Position numbers and translations under genes: made by a program. 64,000 nt of DNA from Eledone cirrhosa (taxonomy: Eukaryota). Below the pieces are notes generated by a model. That model was not told the DNA's origin. It was given only the letters and a program-made list of their open reading frames with translations, and searched no databases. The DNA lies in contig CAXHJY010001225.1 in assembly GCA_964016885.1 (NCBI GenBank), positions 1-64,000 on the forward strand, in the 5' to 3' direction. Below are positions 56,051 through 64,000 of the stretch, in pieces (the first letter of the stretch is position 1; each line of letters starts with the position of its first letter).

Positions 56051-56466
56051 TAGAAGAATTTCGTGGCACGCTCAGGTCCCAAATAATAGGAGGGGTGGCA
56101 ATAATGGGATGGGGGTTGGGGTTCTTGAGAAATCAGTTATTGTATAGTGTACGTTCGTAAATATGGGAATTCTTGAAATGTTCTTTTGTCATACATAATA
56201 TTTTTAATGTAAAATAAAATGTATATATACAAGATGAATAAATTGGATATAATACCAGTTTCTTACCAAATGCGAAGAAGCTCGATATATTAACACCTTA
56301 GGAAAGGGCACAGAGCATAATGTATTCTTTAATTATATATATACAGTGACGGTAGAATTGAGGTAGGGGGAGGGGGGGGGGGGGGGGCATGCCTTCCTCC
56401 AATAATTAGATTTTCTCCCCAAACTATTAAGACACACATATATTTGAATATGCTGTACAGTGTATG

Positions 56467-56618
56467 TACCGTATTTCCTGGAGCCGAAGACGCACCCTAA
56501 TTTTGACAACCAAAAATTTGAAAAAAATTATAAACAACCATCGGCCTCCAGGACGCATGGTAGATTTTTGACATTTATTTTAGGAAAAAAAGTAGTGTCT
56601 TCGCCGGGAAATACGGTA
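56467..56618. mobile_element. Small Tc1/mariner/pogo-type MITE
   Basis: TIRs TAccgtatttcc.g..gccgaagac / gtcttcgccgggaaatacggTA. Confidence 0.72.
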
Positions 56619-56932
56619 TATGTTATGTTTATCACATATCGAAGTTTTCTCACCATTTTAGAGTGCAAAGAGTTAAACTAATCACTACAACTAAATTGCC
56701 CCCCCCATATTCAGAAATGTTTCCAGCGCCCATGGAATATATGTATATATGCTGGGGTGCGTATCCATCTGTTTACGTGTGGCGCTACTGTGGAGGGACG
56801 TGTGCGCTTACTTATGGTTGTGTCATTAGGAAGTCTGCATCAAAACAAGGACTTCAGAAGAAATGGCTTAAACCTATATACTCTACTGCCTTGTGTACCT
56901 TACTTACTGTAGTTACTCCATTGAACCCAGGA

Positions 56933-56989
<57 letters not shown>

Positions 56990-56990
56990 A

Positions 56991-57042
<52 letters not shown>

Positions 57043-57179
57043 GTACATATATACACTAATAAGCCTACGCGTAGATTAGGGACAGAAATCACAGTATTTA
57101 GTAAATATAAACTGAAGAAAATGATATTACTATTAGGCACACGGCTAGACAACAGCAACCGACCAAAAGTGAAGCAGTA

Positions 57180-58345
57180 GTAAGTTGGTTTAGAAAGGTG
57201 AAAATAAGAATCAACTCAAATTCCCCCACTTCGATATCTATATCCCTGATAGACGTTACTAGAACATACGTCGGACAAACATGGTATTTACTCTTCTGAA
57301 AAGTCTCAGCATAGTTAGAATCGATCCTTCACTTTAGGCTTATATGATGTTAGTATTGGAACTTTTGGCAACGTGGACATTTAAGATTCGGCTAGCCTAT
57401 ATATACTGGACCAATTTAAGTGTAAGTTTTCAAATTTTAGCGTAGACCTATACCGAGATGACTGTTAGCGCTAACTCGCCATGAAGTTGACCAAAGTTTA
57501 GTTCCTTCTCTATAATCCTTGTAACATCCTTTAAAGAGAATTTTAATAATATATTTCAGCAATGAGCATGCTGGGTAAATAGATATAAGCACTGGAACAA
57601 TACTTGACTATCTGGACTAAATTCAAAACTACGTGCCACACAAAACCAGAAAAATCTAGAGTTCATTACTTTTACTCAACAGAAACGATGCATTTCTTTA
57701 TGGCATCGGGACGTGCAATGAAATGTGTATGCTGCTCAGCAACCGGTAGTGCTCAGTACAGTGTTTGAACCGAGAAGAATCTCCTACGCACTTTCCAAGT
57801 TCGTCGTTGCACCAAAGGAAAGTGATGTGATTGTTTGATGGCCCGCAGCCGGATTAATCCACTACTGCTTTTCTGAAATCCGGTAAAATAATCTCAACAG
57901 TGACGTATTTTTTACTAAATCGATGAAATACATTAAAAGACTCAGCGTATGTATCCAGAATTGGTCACAAGAACAGGTGCAGTCCTCTATCACGATAACG
58001 CTAAGCTATGTATCACAAAATCATCACTTTAGAAGTTGAACGAATTGAGCTACGAAACTGTCTAAACCAACGTATTCGCCGGAGCATTTTGTCAAACGGC
58101 TACACATTCTTCCAAGGAAAAGGCTTCAAAAAACAAACGCACGCAAAAAGGCCTTCGGAGAATTTCCCACATTCAGGGCTTTAGCATAAAATATTACCAG
58201 AATATATAGACTTGTGCCTTGTTGTTACAAACATGTATCTTCTAATGTTTTCTATTTTGGACAATAAATTTTATTCTGGATTGAGATATGAAGTTTTAAA
58301 ATTATTGTTTAAAAACCTGTATTAATTTCGGAACCACACGTATTA
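57180..58345 (+). mobile_element. Highly decayed mariner transposon
   Basis: Remnants of the HDNA (cacgataacgct) and YSP (tattcgccg) motifs. The length of about 1.2 kb fits a mariner. Confidence 0.6.
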
Positions 58346-58783
58346 AAATAATTTCGGATACTGAAAAAGATGATTGTGGTAGTGGTAGTGATGGTATCGT
58401 TGCTGCTGTCGATAGTGGTGGTGATGGTATTATGGTGGTAAGTTTGTTAGCCGTAGTGGTGGTTATTGTTGTAATAAAAGTCATGGTAATAATCATGATT
58501 AAAATGTTAGCGTATAGGTTATGTTTGTGTTGCTGTTGCCGTCGTAACAGTGGCAGCAGTTGTAAGACGACATCTGGAGGTCTAGTATATGGGTTAAAAT
58601 CACCTGCTGTTTGCTGTCCTGACTCTAGTTACCTGAGATAACTTTTGTTTGTCCCAGCGTGCTCCTCTCGATTTTGCCACATTTTTTCTACACACAAACA
58701 GACATATTCACACGTACATACACACAGAGATATATTATGTGTGTATGTGTATACATGTATAGATAAGTATGCACACACACACA

Positions 58784-58827
<44 letters not shown>

Positions 58828-58888
58828 TATGTATGTATGTACACATATATGTACACATACATGAACATAAAACATGTACAAAGACACG

Positions 58889-58932
<44 letters not shown>

Positions 58933-60372
58933 TGTATACGTATGCAAACACAAACACACACACACACACATATATATATCTGTGTGTGTGTGTGAGTCTT
59001 TGTATGTATATGCTTTGTGTGTATTTGTTTCTCCTTTTGTTTGTATGTGTTTGTATGTGTTTGTTTGTGTATAGTTACCTACACAGAAACACTAAGACTA
59101 AATGCAAAACCTATATTGAATATATAGAAACAAAATGCTAGTTCAGATCAGACGAATATACAGAGTTTCATGTCCCTATCTTTACAAAGGTACAGTACAG
59201 CTGGTGGAATAATATTTCTGTAGGTCAGAGTTACTCAGCAGGTTTTGGCGCATAATTGACCCTCTCCCCACGTACCAATTGTGATTTGTGCACTGGATAC
59301 TTTTCTGTGGACCTCCAGCTTTTAGCATGAATTGTACACATACGAAACACATATATATCCATTCATGTATATACGCATACACACATATATTCACATTCAT
59401 ATATGTGTGTGAGTTTGTCTGTCTACTCATACAGATACCATTATAGGCACACATGTTAGTAATGGGTACAGAATGAGTCTATGGACTTTGGTGGGTGGCT
59501 TTTGATAGCTCAGCTACTTTAAAAGAATGAACATAATTTCATGATGGCACTTAGAGATTAATTTTTTGTTGTAGCTGTCTGTCATTGTGGTGCAGATGAA
59601 ATATCTAACATTATCACAATGGATGGCATTGGGCTGGCGATTCGTTTAGAACGCGGGACAAAATGTTTAATCTGTCGAAATATAGATCTAGACATATCTA
59701 AGACGAATAAACCAATTGAATCACTAGTACCATCTCTGTGAAATCAAACCAATGGGACATCACAGAAGGCCATCACTGAAGTTTCTTGAATGCATGATTA
59801 TATCTACATCACAGTTGACACAATGACAATAAATCATTCTAAATTCTAAGTCTTTAGTAAGAAGGAATTTGAAGATTTATGGATATAATTCGAAAATATC
59901 GAACCGGGTGAATTTACAAATACTTTCATGACTAATAATGTTGAGCAGGTTTACTCTGCTGTTATTAGAGGTATTCATAATTGTGTCATTTACGTGATCT
60001 TATATATGTTTGCTAATTTATTCAACCCAAGTTTAGCAGGATTAACTTGCATTATGAGGTCATGGCGAGATTCTCCTTGAAATAATTAACGATTACGTAT
60101 AATATACGTTTGGTTAAAGACTTCACATTCTTATCAGGTTTAAGTGTCGTGAATGTTTACGCTTCGTGGTTAATGGTATCGTAGGCATTTGTGTTATCTT
60201 TCTCGTATTTTTGTATGATATTGTTCATTAAGAGTTTAGCAGATGTGTCCTTGTCTAGTTTGTACAGGATTTTATTTTATCTTATCTGAAAAATGTGAAG
60301 ATTGAGTTAGAGTACTTAATGGTCGTGTTGTCAGACAATGATATATAAGCACTCAGACACACAAACACTTAT

Positions 60373-60456
<84 letters not shown>

Positions 60457-60476
60457 ACACACACACACACACACAT

Positions 60477-60512
<36 letters not shown>

Positions 60513-60779
60513 AACATGTATAATATTTATTAGGGTTTTCTTTACGACCAAAGTCTATACTGCCGAATATGGAGCAACACGATTTAAGGTAAACGGCCAA
60601 AATACCCATACGAAATCTATTAAGATCAATATGAAGCACACATTGGAGAAGAGAGATGATACAGTTAGACATATGTGAAGGAAAGGCTTTCCATATCTTG
60701 ACTAAAATTGCGTTGTCTCTCTTACCTCTTCGGTATTAAGACATGCAAGGACTAAAAGCCATGTGAATTCAAACATCAA

Positions 60780-61170
60780 GGGCTAAAATTTATCATGGGT
60801 GTTTGCCAATACAGACTTCTACCCACTCATACAGACTTCTACCCTACCGCGTAGAAGTCTGTATGAGTAGATCGAGAAGTTTAAGAGTGGTCGGACAAGC
60901 GTGATGCACGAAGAAGGAGCAGGACATCTGTCAACCTCCACCATTGACGAGAAGATTCAGCAAGCCCGACAGATGGTAATGGCAAACCGGCGAGTTATCA
61001 TCGATGAGGTAGCATGTTCTCTGCAGATTATTTATGGTGCTGCCTATCAAATCATCAACGACGAGCCCGGTTTCCATAAAGTCTGTCGGAAATGGGTGGA
61101 AAGAGAGTCAACGGTAGAGCTAAAGCGCAAACGAATTGAGGTCTGCCAATGGTTCTTTCACCACTACAAC
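60780..61170 (+). mobile_element. Mariner transposase N-terminal remnant
   Basis: KFKSGRTSV..EGAG..STS..RQMVMANRRVIIDEVA..KVCRKWV is a typical mariner HTH/linker region. Confidence 0.75.
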
Positions 61171-61623
61171 TGTCGCCGTTTTGTGTTAAAAGCCTCCGAT
61201 GATTTACAGCCACTGACACTTTCCAATCAGAGAAATCGGATCACTGCTCTTTGGTCCTGCATGCTGCACACGGCTAGCGGAGCAGCCATGTTTACACTGT
61301 AACAGCAGCAAGAAAACTGGAACAATCAAAAACAATAATAATGATATTGATAATAATCGTTATAATTATCATCACCTTCAACATCGATTATAATAATAAT
61401 ACTGATGGTGAACCAATCAGGAAAATTTGTGAAACCGGTAAAGTTAAAAATGATTGCAAATAAAGACTTCAATGGAAGACTCCAATTGCATTTATGTATA
61501 TATGTGTGTGTGTATATATATATATATATTGTCACTGCCTCTGTCTTCATATATATATGAGGGCAGAGGCAGTGACAAACCTAACCTAAAGATATGTTAT
61601 GACAAAAGCGTTGCCATAACCTT

Positions 61624-61802
<179 letters not shown>

Positions 61803-61873
61803 CTGTCGTGTAGCGCTGATCATCGATACCTAATATCGATTTACTAAATAACAGAAGCTATGACATATAAGAA

Positions 61874-61979
<106 letters not shown>

Positions 61980-62554
61980 GTGTGTGTGTATATATGCCTG
62001 AAAGCATATGACTCTATTACATTTCGATTTCAGATCTCCTTTCCAATATGAAATCTGGGATTAATTAGATTATGTCTTTTTAAAGATTACTATATTTAAA
62101 TGAGTAAATCATATAATAGAAAAAAAGCGAAATGCGTTAGAAATGAATGTAAAACCTGTTCAACTGAACCGTGGGAAAGAGGAAAAGGTGCAATTTCTAT
62201 AGATGTGTTACAGTACTATTCAGACTAATTAAAATCATGTCCCCTCAGGTCATTTTATGGTGAATTAATATTTCTTCCCTGTTGTATTTTGCTTCAGAGA
62301 ACCATAGGTGTCGTATTGGTCTGTCAGCATTCTATTTCTCTGCAAGAGATTATTCTCTAACAATTTCCCTTTTTATTGTGGCAAGATGTTCTCGCCGTTT
62401 TAAGTAAGTTCTACATCAATCAGCCAGTCGGACTATTTTGAATGTTATTGTTACAGTAGCATAGATAGAACCGTTGTAAAAAAAGGAAATTTAACAAATA
62501 GTTACGGAGGTCGAAAAAGTTGTATTTGAAGATATTGGGCTATAAGTGAAGATA

Positions 62555-62644
<90 letters not shown>

Positions 62645-62681
62645 GATAAAGAACACAAGAGCGTCTACAACATCAAAATAT

Positions 62682-62741
62682 TTTTATTGGCTTACAATGT
62701 TTCTTCCTTACGTAACCGTAGGATTCGTCAGAGCTATAAAA
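62682..62741 (-). ncRNA. Type I hammerhead ribozyme, family G (orphan pLTR-like fragment)
   Basis: ttttatagct CTGACGA a-tcctacg-gtta-cgtaagga-a GAAA cattg TA agccaataaaa, adjacent to (TA)n. Confidence 0.68.
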
Positions 62742-63410
62742 GGGCTTTGATTGGTGTTATGGACCAACCAAACATTCAAGAACAAAGAGTAAAGAGAGTA
62801 AAGAGCAAAAGTAGGGGACGATAAGTCTAATTTTGGTGCGGGAGGGCGGGGTGTGGGTCCTTGTTTACTAGCTGCGGTCATATTCATTCCCGGGAGTCGA
62901 GTGGTTAGCTGAACCATAGATGGGGTGGCGTCGATAGTATGGTGCAGGGGGTGTGCAGAGGCTACACAAACACAAAGGGCATACAATATATATATATAAC
63001 GGAGGAGAAAGTACATGAGGTAATTAGAAATGGAAAAAGAGTAATAATAATAATCTATAATTAATAATGTATAATAAGGCATGGGGAAGATTACACTATA
63101 ATAAGGTATGAAAGTAAGAATAAGGTAAAATATAAAGTAGGATAAAAGTGAAAATAAGAATAAAGATAAAAAATATATATATAAAAAAATATATAGAGAA
63201 TATGTAAAGAAATATAAGCGAGTATTTGGAGGGGAAAACAATGTAAAAAACCGATTTTTTCAAATAAAAATAAAAATATTATAATTATGGGGGGAGAAAA
63301 CGGGATAGAGAAATATTATCAAATGTGATTAGTTGAGAGAATATAAGATGATAATAGTTATATATATATATATATATTGAAAATTGCAAACTAGACTGTC
63401 ACCACAGAAT

Positions 63411-63451
63411 TTGAACCTGAAGATTGCGAAAGCATGAAAGTACTTGTTCAA
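63411..63451 (+). ncRNA. Minimal type I hammerhead ribozyme, family H
   Basis: ttgaac CTGAAGA t-tgc-gaaa-gca-t GAAA gtac TT gttcaa. Palindromic AGTACT stem III. Within a ~220-bp island between (TA)n tracts. Confidence 0.85.
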
Positions 63452-63901
63452 TTAACACTTAACATTTAATATTCTACCAAACTATTTCATTCTAATGCCA
63501 TTATACATTTTAACGGATTGTAAATAAAACGAGTAAATCAGACAAAGTTGGAATTCCTTTTATTAATATATATTCTATACACAATCATACACACCCGTGT
63601 ATATATATATATATGTCTGATTCTTTCCTCACGCACACTTTGACCAGGTCGGATGGTCTTTATTCTCTCTCGTCTACGATTTCACAGAACTTATGTTCAT
63701 TGATTTCAGGGACTTGACTCCTTCTTCCTCACTTTTCGTTGCTTTACCATCTTTGATTGTTTACTGTCCGGCTCGTTCCCCTTATTTACGTGTCCCAACG
63801 ACTTTCTTTAGCCGTTGCTCGCACCAACCGGAGGTATATAGTCTTTAAAGCGATGAAATACCAATGAAGGTTGGAAGATCACTGATGAAGGACTAAATTT
63901 A

Positions 63902-63943
<42 letters not shown>

Positions 63944-64000
63944 GAGGGATTCATTTTGAAACTGATTAGACCATTACTCATTAGAATACTCGATACATTA

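Noticed and set aside
58630-58692. Possible small minus-strand host exon (tag|AAAAAATG...CTCAG|gtaact)
   Set aside because: Splice-like dinucleotides only. No homology or partner exons that I can support.
63876-63975. CTGATGA at 63882 and GAAA at ~63958 as a hammerhead
   Set aside because: Interrupted by a (TA)n tract and stems I and III do not pair. At most a truncated half-motif.

Overview
Repeat-saturated animal genomic DNA, most likely from an octopod cephalopod (inferred from the tRNA-derived SINE with a GCCTTTCATCCTTACGGGGTCGATAAA core and the very long TA/CA/TCTA microsatellites). I could not support any host gene. The long YI/HT/CV ORFs in the ORF track are microsatellite artefacts. 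Real coding content is retroelements and transposon remnants: three Penelope-like elements (RT + GIY-YIG), two CR1-group LINE 3' fragments, a near full-length decayed Tx1-type L1 plus two 3' fragments, an R4/Dong-type LINE fragment, an RTE remnant, and mariner remnants and MITEs. The main structure the ORF track does not explain is about 22 type I hammerhead ribozyme (HHR) motifs in about 11 sequence families, found by eye. They lie in the Penelope pseudo-LTRs and in short non-coding fold-back (palindromic) cassettes inserted into (TA)n tracts. They include a tandem pair that would release a 474-nt RNA, a U3-A8 compensatory core variant, and copies showing stem covariation. All ribozyme calls are manual folds and none has been tested for activity.
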